A stretch of 64,000 nt of DNA from an uncultured Bdellovibrionales bacterium (GTDB taxonomy: Bacteria; Patescibacteriota; Minisyncoccia; Moranbacterales; UBA1568). Shown one piece after another: positions 29,514 through 38,249 of the stretch (its first letter is position 1; each line of letters opens with the position of its first letter). The position numbers and the translations under genes were made by a program. Under the pieces are notes generated by a model. It worked only from the letters and a program-made list of their open reading frames with translations, was not told where the DNA came from and did no database searches. Location: contig CAZIZG010000007.1 in assembly GCA_964543815.1 (NCBI GenBank), forward strand, positions 2,781-66,780. Direction: 5' to 3'.

Positions 29514-32501
29514 TTATGACCGCTTGAGACTCAAGGTAAATACTTCACCATCGAGCGTGACAGTTTCTTGATACTCAGCATCAGCTAAAATACCTTTTTC
29601 TATTGTTGTCGCCAGCACTTCGCGAGCGATATCAGCTTCAAACTGAGCAAATACTTCTTCTTTGCCTACATAGCTTAAAACGATACGGTCCTCGACATTG
29701 AACTGGGCCTTCTTGCGTCCCTCTTGAATAGCCCGTACCACCTCACGCATCTCACCTTCGAGTTTGAGTTCGGGAGTGATAGTTAAATCAAGAATGGTCA
29801 TTGAGCCCTTGTATTCATCCTTGTAACCTTCACTATCATAAATCTTCACATTTAATTCTTCCTTTACTATTTCTTGAAGTTCCAGGCCTAGCGGTCTAGC
29901 ACTCACTGAAGATAACGGTTGTCGCACCTTAATTCCATGTTTTACTCTATCATTCAGCCCTTCCGTTACAATGAAGCGAGCAAGTTTCATATCTTCATTC
30001 AACTTCTCATCAACTAAAGCCGAATCTACCACTGGATAATCAACAAGATGCACTGACTCTTCTCCCGTGAGACCACGATAGATTTCCTCAGCGATAAACG
30101 GTGTGAATGGCGCCATCAGTTTCGAGAGCGTGACTAAAACTTCATAGAGCGTCTGGTAAGCCTGCTCTTTATCGGTATCATCTTCTGATTTCCAGAAACG
30201 TTTGCGGCCCCGACGGATATACCAGTTGGAGAGGTTATCAACAAACGGCGTAAAGGCCCGAGTGGCACGGTTCAGTTCGTAGGTTTCCATGGCGCCGTTC
30301 ACCTCCTTGATGAGAAGTTGAAGCTCGGAGAGGATCCAGCGGTCCATCAGATTCTCCGATGACTTCGCGTTTTCTTTGGGGGTCCAGTTATCGATACTCG
30401 CATACGTGGTAAAAAACGAGTACGAATTCCAAAGCATGCGGAAGACGTTCCTGACGATATCAGACAGGTCCCGCTCCGAAAAATTCAAATTCTCGGCGGC
30501 CACCACCGGTGACGAAAGGAGATAGAACCGCAAAGCATCTGACCCATACTTATTGAGGATCTCCATCGGGTCAGGATAGTTTTTGAGCTTCTTCGACATT
30601 TTCTTCCCATCCTCAGCCAAGACGATACCGTTCACGATAACATTCTGAAACGCGTTACTTTCTTTGATACCAGTGGCGATAACGTGCTGGTAGTAGAACC
30701 AGGCTCTGGTCTGATCAACTCCCTCCGCAATAAACTGGGCCGGAAATGCGGCATCAAACTGTTCCTTGTTTTCAAACGGATAGTGCCGCTCACCATAGGG
30801 CATGGAGCCCGAATCAAACCAGGTATCAAGGACATCTGGGGTGCGTTCCATAGTGCCACCACACTTGGGACAAGGTACTGTCACCCGATCAACCACATGC
30901 TTGTGAAGATCATCCACTTTAACTCCGCTTGCTTTTTCAAGTTCTGCCACCAAACCAAACACTTGCTTCTCACCGCAAGCACACAGCCACAGCGGCATAA
31001 CAGAAGCCCAAAATCGCTGCCGACTGATAGACCAATCCCGGGCACCCTCAAGCCACTTCCCCCAGCGTCCCTCCTTAATATGCGTAGGTGACCAGTGAAT
31101 ACCCTTGGCAAGCTCGAGCATCTTCGGCTTGATTTTCGTTACTGCCACAAACCACGAACTCGTCGCATAGTTGAGAAGCGGGGTATCACAGCGCCAGCAG
31201 TGCGGATATGAGTGCTCATATTTTTCTTTGGCAAAGAGTGTCCCGTGCTTAGCGAGATACTTGATAATCTCGACATCCATCGCTGATGGATCTTCTTTGG
31301 ATTTCACTGGCTGGCCGGCAAAATCTGATACTTCAGGTTTCATCGTCCCATCCATGGCAACATGCTGTACCCACGGCAGATTATTCGCTTGGCCAAGTTG
31401 CATATCATCTTCACCAAAGGCCGGCGCCTCATGAGCAATACCTGTCCCCATATCGGTCGTGACGAAGTCAGCATGATAAATCTTCCAGCCATTTTCACGA
31501 TGCTCAAGTTTTTCGTCCTTGGCGTAATAATCAAAAAGTGGTTTGTAAGCTTTACCAACAAGTTCAGAACCATTAAACGAAGATACTTGCTCAAAAGAGT
31601 AATTTAAATTCATCTTCTGACACCAATCACTATCATTCAATTTTTCTTCAAAAAAATTTTTGGCCACAATCAGAAAACTCTCGCTAGTACTTGGTCGAGT
31701 ATAGTTTTCTGGTTTCGAAAGATCATTAACGATCATTTCGGCATATTGACGCACCTTTACATACTCAATATCCTTATTCACTGCCAAGGCGACATTGCCC
31801 GGCAAGGTCCACGGTGTCGTGGTCCAAGCCAAGACAAAAGTTCCCGGTTCGTCTACCAATTCAAACTTGGCTGTCACTGCCAAATCTTTCACGTCCTTGT
31901 AGCCTTCGGCGACTTCTGATTGAGAAAGGGTCGTCTCACAACGCGGACAGATATGCATGGTCCGATACGATTCATAGATGAGTCCCTTGTCCCACAGTTC
32001 CTTAAATACCCACCAAACACTCTCCATGAAATCCCGATCCATAGTGCGGTAGGCATTCTCCATGTCCGCCCAGCGACCGAAGCGACGCATCACTTTTTTC
32101 CACTCCCCTACATATTCAAGCACTTTAGAGCGACAAATCTCATTAAACTTCTCAATCCCGAGCGCCACGATTTCTTTCTTGTGAGTCATCCCGAGTTCCT
32201 TCTCTGCAATGTTCTCGATGGGTAGACCATGGCAGTCCCACCCCCACTTACGTTCTACTTGATACCCCCGCATAGTAAAGTAACGCGGCACGGTATCTTT
32301 GATAGCGCTCGCCACGATATGACCATAGTGTGGTGTCCCGGTAGCAAATGGCGGCCCATCATAAAACGTATAGCGTTCTTTCCCCTCGCGATTGATAACA
32401 GACTTCTCAAATATCTTGCGATCTTCCCAATACTGGACGATTGATTCTTCCAACTTCGGAAAACTCACTTGTGACGCCACCTTCTTAAATTTCATAGCCA
32501 T
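29514..32501 (-). CDS. ileS: Isoleucyl-tRNA synthetase
   Basis: HYGH and KMSKK motifs with a CP1 editing domain. The start is placed at AUGGCUAUGAAAUUUAAG (MAMKFKK) because the track's first Met lies inside the T-box terminator stem. Confidence 0.95.
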   Translation of the reverse strand: MAMKFKKVASQVSFPKLEESIVQYWEDRKIFEKSVINREGKERYTFYDGPPFATGTPHYGHIVASAIKDTVPRYFTMRGYQVERKWGWDCHGLPIENIAEKELGMTHKKEIVALGIEKFNEICRSKVLEYVGEWKKVMRRFGRWADMENAYRTMDRDFMESVWWVFKELWDKGLIYESYRTMHICPRCETTLSQSEVAEGYKDVKDLAVTAKFELVDEPGTFVLAWTTTPWTLPGNVALAVNKDIEYVKVRQYAEMIVNDLSKPENYTRPSTSESFLIVAKNFFEEKLNDSDWCQKMNLNYSFEQVSSFNGSELVGKAYKPLFDYYAKDEKLEHRENGWKIYHADFVTTDMGTGIAHEAPAFGEDDMQLGQANNLPWVQHVAMDGTMKPEVSDFAGQPVKSKEDPSAMDVEIIKYLAKHGTLFAKEKYEHSYPHCWRCDTPLLNYATSSWFVAVTKIKPKMLELAKGIHWSPTHIKEGRWGKWLEGARDWSISRQRFWASVMPLWLCACGEKQVFGLVAELEKASGVKVDDLHKHVVDRVTVPCPKCGGTMERTPDVLDTWFDSGSMPYGERHYPFENKEQFDAAFPAQFIAEGVDQTRAWFYYQHVIATGIKESNAFQNVIVNGIVLAEDGKKMSKKLKNYPDPMEILNKYGSDALRFYLLSSPVVAAENLNFSERDLSDIVRNVFRMLWNSYSFFTTYASIDNWTPKENAKSSENLMDRWILSELQLLIKEVNGAMETYELNRATRAFTPFVDNLSNWYIRRGRKRFWKSEDDTDKEQAYQTLYEVLVTLSKLMAPFTPFIAEEIYRGLTGEESVHLVDYPVVDSALVDEKLNEDMKLARFIVTEGLNDRVKHGIKVRQPLSSVSARPLGLELQEIVKEELNVKIYDSEGYKDEYKGSMTILDLTITPELKLEGEMREVVRAIQEGRKKAQFNVEDRIVLSYVGKEEVFAQFEADIAREVLATTIEKGILADAEYQETVTLDGEVFTLSLKRS

Positions 32502-32755
32502 AAAATATAAAATCCTTAGCATAAAAACATGCTAAGGACGCTTGGAAATCAAACGTGGTACCACCTTGCTTCTCCGTCTGAGACGGACTCATTACAGCTT
32601 TCACGGGCTTACCCGCCAAGGTCTACTCGTCGCTCCGAAGCTTCTCGGCACATGACGACGTTCTTCTTGGAGCTCTGGAGTGATGCCGACCATTTCGGCC
32701 GGGTCTCCTTCGACGCTGCTGGCCTCATGGTAGCAACAGCTCATCAAAAAATCAA
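32502..32755 (-). promoter_or_regulatory. T-box leader (tRNA-sensing riboswitch) with intrinsic terminator, upstream of ileS
   Basis: The minus-strand RNA contains the T-box consensus ...AAGGUGGUACCACG... (UGGU bulge, implying an A73 discriminator). A candidate specifier AUC-A sits in an internal loop. A terminator hairpin CCUUAGCAU-GUUUUU-AUGCUAAGG plus U-tract lies immediately 5' of the ileS start. Confidence 0.6.
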
Positions 32756-33163
32756 CTACTTGAGACCGTGAGCCACGAAACAATCGTGGTACTGGCGATC
32801 CATGCCCATGATGTGCTCCACCAGCCAATCTTCGAGAAAATCGAGTACCTCATAAGGATTATCGAGTTGTTGAGACTCCCAGTCTCCTTTCAATGTAAGC
32901 AGCCTCTCTGTCAAACGCTGGTGAGCTGCCTTGTGTTCGGTTGCATGATCATAGTGAAACTCGTCAAAGTAACGCTCCTCTGATTCAAAATGAAAGTCAG
33001 TATATTTGATAAGCTGTTCGAATATATCCCCGAGCACCTCCTGATCTTTTCTCTCAATAATAGAAGCATACAAATCATTGATGATGCCAAAAAATATTTT
33101 GTGCTGTTCGTCAAACATTTCTACTCCCACACTGTATTTATCGCTCCATTCTATCTTGGTCAT
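32756..33163 (-). CDS. Hemerythrin-like metal-binding protein
   Basis: 135 aa with the H...HF..EE...H...H ligand pattern (EWSDKYSVGVEMFDEQHK...). Confidence 0.85.
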   Translation of the reverse strand: MTKIEWSDKYSVGVEMFDEQHKIFFGIINDLYASIIERKDQEVLGDIFEQLIKYTDFHFESEERYFDEFHYDHATEHKAAHQRLTERLLTLKGDWESQQLDNPYEVLDFLEDWLVEHIMGMDRQYHDCFVAHGLK

Positions 33164-33206
33164 ATTCGTGACATAAATTGATTACATCTCTAAAGTGGAT
33201 ACCAGT

Positions 33207-33911
33207 CTAGTCTCGAATCGTGACCCGACCAATCCGCGGAGTGAGCGTCCGGCACCATTCTTCCATTTCTGTCCGAGAAAAAGGATGGTATGAGGCAAAG
33301 AGCGGATTGAGGGTATGATCTGGCCGAAAGGTTTGCAGAAAATAACGTTCAGCTCCAGACAGAAGATTGGCCATACTCGAGAGCACCTCCTCCGAATGTA
33401 CTTCTTTGATAAGGGTGGTACGAAATTCATATGGAATACCCGAGTGTTTCAACAGGTTGATGCTCTGCTCGATGTTTCCGGCCTGAGCACTTCCACCCAC
33501 GAGCGTCTCATACGTCTCAAGCGAGGTCTTCACATCCAGAGCCACATAATCAACGAGCCGCTCATGAAGTAACGACCGCAGCATCTCCGGATGATTTCCA
33601 TTAGTATCAAGCTTGGTAAGGAATCCTATTTCCTTGATGCTCCGAAAAAAATCTGGGAGATCCTGCCACAGAGTCGGTTCACCGCCTGATACCACGACAC
33701 CTTCGAGAAGTCCCACTCGCTTCCTGAGAAAATTAAAGAACGTCTCCTCGGCAATAAAGCCGCCCGAGAGTTTCTGAATCTGTTCCGGCAGCACAAACTC
33801 CGGATTATGACAGAAACCACAACGCATATTACAGCCGGGAGTAAAAGCAATACAGGCTACCCTATCGGGATAATCGAGCATGGTGAATTTCTGAATAGCG
33901 GACAGCTTCAT
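33207..33911 (-). CDS. nrdG: Anaerobic ribonucleoside-triphosphate reductase activating protein (radical SAM)
   Basis: CNMRCGFCHN radical-SAM cluster motif; 234 aa. Confidence 0.9.
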   Translation of the reverse strand: MKLSAIQKFTMLDYPDRVACIAFTPGCNMRCGFCHNPEFVLPEQIQKLSGGFIAEETFFNFLRKRVGLLEGVVVSGGEPTLWQDLPDFFRSIKEIGFLTKLDTNGNHPEMLRSLLHERLVDYVALDVKTSLETYETLVGGSAQAGNIEQSINLLKHSGIPYEFRTTLIKEVHSEEVLSSMANLLSGAERYFLQTFRPDHTLNPLFASYHPFSRTEMEEWCRTLTPRIGRVTIRD

Positions 33912-33920
33912 ACGAAGAGA

Positions 33921-34124
33921 CTAGGCTGATTTACCTCCGTACCGCGCCTCAAATGAAACATTGTCTGCCACGCATTCCTCAAAGTGCTTGCGAGAATAAT
34001 GTTCCGCCTTTTTGCCGACATTGAAATGGGAGACAGGGCGATGATAGCCCATGACCCGAGTCCATACCTCACACCGAGTTCGCTTTTCATTTTGTTCTAC
34101 CTGAGACATAGATTTGTGGTTCAT
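33921..34124 (-). CDS. Stand-alone NrdD C-terminal glycyl-radical domain ORF (67 aa)
   Basis: Contains TRVMGYHRPVSHFNVGKKAE, matching the class III RNR glycyl-radical loop (RVCGY...FNAGKQEE). It starts 7 nt past the nrdD tandem stop, in a different frame. Confidence 0.65.
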   Translation of the reverse strand: MNHKSMSQVEQNEKRTRCEVWTRVMGYHRPVSHFNVGKKAEHYSRKHFEECVADNVSFEARYGGKSA

Positions 34125-34132
34125 ATGTGTTA

Positions 34133-36298
34133 TTATTTTTCAGCCTTGGCACTGGCATACGTCTTCCGATAGGCTTCATCATAGCGTTCTCCTCCGACAC
34201 CGAGCTCAGTATCACACTTGGGACAAAAATCATATTCCCCCGAAAGATATCCGTGTTTGGGACAAATGGAAAATGTCGGAGTAATAGTGATGTACGGCAA
34301 CCGATAGTGAGTGAGAATTTTTTTGACCAAGTTGCGACAGGCCTGCGGTGTTGAAATCCGTTCGGTCATATAACAGTGAAGTACCGTCCCACCCGTATAC
34401 TTTGTCTGGAGATGATCCTGAAGATCAAGCACTTCAAACACGTCATCAGTATACCCAACCGGCACCTGAGATGAGTTGGTATAGTAGGGAGCGTCCTTGG
34501 TCCCGGCCTGGAGAATATCCGGGAAGCGTTTCCTGTCTTCTTTGGCGAATCGGTAGGTTGTTCCTTCGGCTGGTGTCGCCTCCAGGTTATAGAAGTTATG
34601 CGTCTCTTCCTGAAAGGATTTAATCTTCTCCTGCATGTGTACGAGCACTTCCTCGGCAAAGGCATTCCCCCACGCGGTCGTAATATTTTCTTTGTCGTCA
34701 GTAAAGTTGCGGATAGCCTCGTTTAATCCATTTACCCCGATAGTGGAAAAATGATTCTTGAGATATCCGAGATACCGTTTGGTATAAGGAAATAGCCCTC
34801 GATCAATCCATTCTTGGATGACCTTACGTTTCAATTCGAGTGATGTCTTCCCGAGTTCCATCAAGCGGTCAATCTGAGCAAAAAACTTTTCCTTATCACC
34901 TTTGGTGAGGTAGCCAATACGGGCAGCGTTGAGCGTCACAACGCCGATTGAACCGGTCATTTCCGCTGAACCGAATAATCCTCCACCGCGTTTCCGTAGT
35001 TCCCGCAAATCAAGCTGGAGCCGACAGCACATGGAGCGGACATCACCGGGATTCAAGGTTGAATTGACGAAGTTCTGAAAGTACGGCGTCCCATACTTGG
35101 CGGTCATCTCAAACAACGGCAAATTCTTCTCACTCTCCCAATCAAAATCCTTGCCGATGTTGTAAGTGGGGATAGGAAAAGTAAACGTGCGTCCCCTGGC
35201 ATCACCCTGACTCATCACTGCGATAAAGGCCCGGTTCACGATATCCATCTCTTTCCCCAACTCTCCGAAAGTATAGGAAAATGGCTTCCCTCCAAGGATG
35301 AGCCGCTTATCCCTGAGGTCTGCCGGACAATCCCAATCAAGGGTGATGTTGGTAAACGGTGTCTGTGTTCCCCAGCGCGACGGGATATTCAAATTAAAAA
35401 TAAATGACTGGAGATTCTGATAGACATGCGCATAGACTTTATCCGCGATATACGCTTCTCGCACTTTCCGTGACGGAAATTTCATCTGATATTCCTTGAG
35501 ACTCTCCCGCAACTCGAGTTCATACTTCTTCACAAAGGGAGCCATATAGGTATCAAAGCTCGAAAATGCCTGTGCGCCCGCCCATTCGTTCTGAAGCGTC
35601 CCTAGAAAATTCACCATCTGTGAAACAGCGGAGGACAGATGTTTGGGTGGCCCCGACTCAACCTTATTGTCGACACCATTGAAACCCTCTTCGAGAAGCA
35701 CCCGGAGACTCCAGCCAGCACAATAGCCTGAGAACATATCAAGATCGTGGATATGATAATCACCATTACGATGGGCTTCACCGACACTCTTCGGATAAAT
35801 ATGGGAGAGCCAGTAATTGGCGATAACACTCCCGGCAGTATTCAGGATAAGTCCCCCGAGTGAATACCCTTGATTAGAATTAGCATTAACCCGCCAGTCC
35901 GCCCGATTGAGGTAATCCCCCACGGTTTTTTCTACCTCGACCACTACGTTCTTGTCTGCCCGAGCCTCTCGTCGTTTTTCCCGATACAAAATATAGGCCT
36001 TAGCCATCTCGGCATAGTCGAAGCGAATAAGTACGTCCTCTACTACATCCTGAATCTGTTCAACGGTGGGAATCTGCTCGCCGTACTGTTCTTCGAGAGT
36101 CACCTCTACTTCTTTGACAAGCGTCTCGACAATAACGAGGTCGCGCGCGCCGGTGGCTTCGGCCGCTTTTCGGATAGCCTCCTTGATTTTTCCCAGCTCA
36201 AAATCAACAATCGAACCATTTCGCTTCTGGACTTTGTAGAGTGGCATAAGCACCGAAATTAAAAAATGAATTTTGTCTCGCATAGTATTAAACACCAA
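34133..36298 (-). CDS. nrdD: Anaerobic ribonucleoside-triphosphate reductase large protein; ends before the glycyl-radical loop
   Basis: ATP-cone N-terminus (KRNGSIVDFELGKIKEAI), a class III RNR core, and a C-terminal CPKH...CPKC zinc site. It ends ...AKAEK with TAATAA. The true start may be the Met at 36247. Confidence 0.92.
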   Translation of the reverse strand: MVFNTMRDKIHFLISVLMPLYKVQKRNGSIVDFELGKIKEAIRKAAEATGARDLVIVETLVKEVEVTLEEQYGEQIPTVEQIQDVVEDVLIRFDYAEMAKAYILYREKRREARADKNVVVEVEKTVGDYLNRADWRVNANSNQGYSLGGLILNTAGSVIANYWLSHIYPKSVGEAHRNGDYHIHDLDMFSGYCAGWSLRVLLEEGFNGVDNKVESGPPKHLSSAVSQMVNFLGTLQNEWAGAQAFSSFDTYMAPFVKKYELELRESLKEYQMKFPSRKVREAYIADKVYAHVYQNLQSFIFNLNIPSRWGTQTPFTNITLDWDCPADLRDKRLILGGKPFSYTFGELGKEMDIVNRAFIAVMSQGDARGRTFTFPIPTYNIGKDFDWESEKNLPLFEMTAKYGTPYFQNFVNSTLNPGDVRSMCCRLQLDLRELRKRGGGLFGSAEMTGSIGVVTLNAARIGYLTKGDKEKFFAQIDRLMELGKTSLELKRKVIQEWIDRGLFPYTKRYLGYLKNHFSTIGVNGLNEAIRNFTDDKENITTAWGNAFAEEVLVHMQEKIKSFQEETHNFYNLEATPAEGTTYRFAKEDRKRFPDILQAGTKDAPYYTNSSQVPVGYTDDVFEVLDLQDHLQTKYTGGTVLHCYMTERISTPQACRNLVKKILTHYRLPYITITPTFSICPKHGYLSGEYDFCPKCDTELGVGGERYDEAYRKTYASAKAEK

Positions 36299-36353
36299 AA
36301 AAACAAAAAGGTGTCATATGACACCCTTTATCGTTTCAACGGTATTTTTTGCT

Positions 36354-37430
36354 TTATCCAAGGTTCTTTTTCAATTTTTTCCGGGTCCGACTCAAAATGA
36401 GCTTTACCGCATTTTCAGTTTTTCCAAGTTCTGTAGCGATAGCTCGCACCTTGAGTCCATCACGATACTTGGCGAGCATCACCTGACGTTCCAGGGGCGT
36501 AAGCCCCTGAAGCAACGCTTCCAACCCAATGGTTGTTCTTGATACCTCTACCGCCGCCGATTCCTCCTGTCCGGAAAGCGCCACAAACTGGGTATGATTT
36601 TGACGATAATAATTCACGAGCACGTTGTGGGCAACCCGGATGAGATAGGTCGCATACGAAGCATTGGTTACCCGGAAAGTAGGAAGCGCCCGGAAAGCCC
36701 GAATAAACACTTCCTGAGTAAGGTCCTCAGCTAAGAGCGTATTTCCAAAAAGTCGACGGGAAAAATATTCCCGTATCGTTCCGACATACTTGGAGTACAC
36801 TTCCCCAAAGAATTCTCCCTGTTCCTGTGCCAAGGCAACAAAGAAGGCATCTTCGGTACGATCTGAAAAAAGATGCTCTGTTGGCTCAATCAGCGCCTCC
36901 TTGAAAAAACTAGCACCGTCAGTAAATCCTTCCCAAGAAAACGATGACTGAAAGAAGACGGGATTCCCGGTACTTCTTTGGCCAAGTCGCCTCAACATCC
37001 AAGAAAAAAATTGCTCGTCTTGTTTTTGTGCTTTGGTATGAGCCAAAAATTCTTGCCCAAACTGAATTTCACTCTCACGTCCCAAGAGCTCAGGATGCAC
37101 TTCGGCAAAATAACGAGTTATCCCTTCTTGGTCATGAATAGGGACAATAAAAATATGCTCATCATGTTGTACGCCATTTTTCCGAGTATTATGAACTTCG
37201 CCCACAAAAGATTGACCCTCTGCCTCAATTGTTTTCCATAATGAGGCATAAAACTTCTTACGCATTTTTCCACCCCACAATTCACCTGGTTTTTTTCCTA
37301 CAATTTCTGCTACGGAAAATCCGGTCCGCCGTTCAAGAGCAGCACTGGCATAGAGAACACGCGAATCCAAATCAGTGACCAAGAGGCCACCCGGGAGTCG
37401 ATCCAGAGTTTCTTTGAGAGGAGTCATCAT
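36354..37430 (-). CDS. PAS-domain fused to an ECF-type sigma-70 factor
   Basis: The N-terminal ~150 aa are PAS-like. The C-terminus has sigma70 region 2 (DLTQEVFIRAFRAL...YLIRVAHNVLVNYYRQ) and region 4 (LTPLERQVMLAKYRDGLKVRAIATELGKTENAVKLILSRTRKKL). Confidence 0.75.
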   Translation of the reverse strand: MMTPLKETLDRLPGGLLVTDLDSRVLYASAALERRTGFSVAEIVGKKPGELWGGKMRKKFYASLWKTIEAEGQSFVGEVHNTRKNGVQHDEHIFIVPIHDQEGITRYFAEVHPELLGRESEIQFGQEFLAHTKAQKQDEQFFSWMLRRLGQRSTGNPVFFQSSFSWEGFTDGASFFKEALIEPTEHLFSDRTEDAFFVALAQEQGEFFGEVYSKYVGTIREYFSRRLFGNTLLAEDLTQEVFIRAFRALPTFRVTNASYATYLIRVAHNVLVNYYRQNHTQFVALSGQEESAAVEVSRTTIGLEALLQGLTPLERQVMLAKYRDGLKVRAIATELGKTENAVKLILSRTRKKLKKNLG

Positions 37431-37499
37431 GGCCGCTTCATTACTGTCTTCATCATACCATGGTCACTTTACCCAAGAAAAAAGACCCTCTTTCGGGTC

Positions 37500-38075
37500 T
37501 TACAGTATCTGCCACACCACCTCAGTACAGGATCCTTTTTCGGGGTACCAGCCTTCAGCTGCCCGACCCGGCCCTTCATGCACGAGGATACCATGGAGTT
37601 GCTCCAATGGGTCGCCATGGGAGACCAGAATCACTTTCTTGCCAATATACTGCCCTTTGAGCTCATCCAAAAATTCATCAAGTCGGCTACGGACATGAAG
37701 CATACTCTCCATATCATCAGCCACATCAGGAGAAAGCCGCATCTGTGGCTCTGGATATTTTTTCAAAAGCTCTTTCTGGCTCTGCTCATTGAACCTCCCC
37801 ATCCCCACTTCCCAGAGACGGTCATCAAATTTAATCGGGAGTCCCGTCGTTTCAGAAATGATACCGGCTGTTTCTTTGGCTCTGAGGATAGGTGAACTAT
37901 AGAGAACATCAGCACCAACTGTTGCGAGAAAGACACCTACTTTTTTCGCCTGTTTACGTCCTCGCTCGGTCAAAGGATATTCTTTCTTAGCACCAGCCGA
38001 ATTGAGAATAAAGCGAACATTGTTCTCCGCCTCACCGTGACGCACCAAAAAAAATGTAATCGCAGCCATATTCAC
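37500..38075 (-). CDS. Histidine phosphatase family protein (phosphoglycerate mutase-like)
   Basis: The RHG motif (LVRHGEAENN) and a downstream His. Confidence 0.8.
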   Translation of the reverse strand: MNMAAITFFLVRHGEAENNVRFILNSAGAKKEYPLTERGRKQAKKVGVFLATVGADVLYSSPILRAKETAGIISETTGLPIKFDDRLWEVGMGRFNEQSQKELLKKYPEPQMRLSPDVADDMESMLHVRSRLDEFLDELKGQYIGKKVILVSHGDPLEQLHGILVHEGPGRAAEGWYPEKGSCTEVVWQIL

Positions 38076-38249
38076 TTAGTGCATGAGATGATAAATATCA
38101 ACACCAGCTGCCACCAAAAAGATAAGAGCTGTTGAGCCAACAACTTTCATCACAAAAAAAACAAGCTCTTCATCCCAGCCAAGCTGCCGTTTGTATTTTT
38201 TCCGATAGTGTTTCGGGAGACGGTTAATCATGACTGTTTTTCTTTTGTT

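Noticed and set aside
32529-32771. 80-aa plus-strand ORF in the GC-rich spacer between the hemerythrin gene and ileS
   Set aside because: The region is better explained as the minus-strand T-box leader RNA of ileS (conserved GGUGGUACC element, terminator). There is no SD, and the ORF is an artefact of few stop codons in GC-rich DNA.
33182-33430. 82-aa minus-strand ORF overlapping the nrdG 3' region
   Set aside because: Out-of-frame overlap with a well-supported radical-SAM gene.
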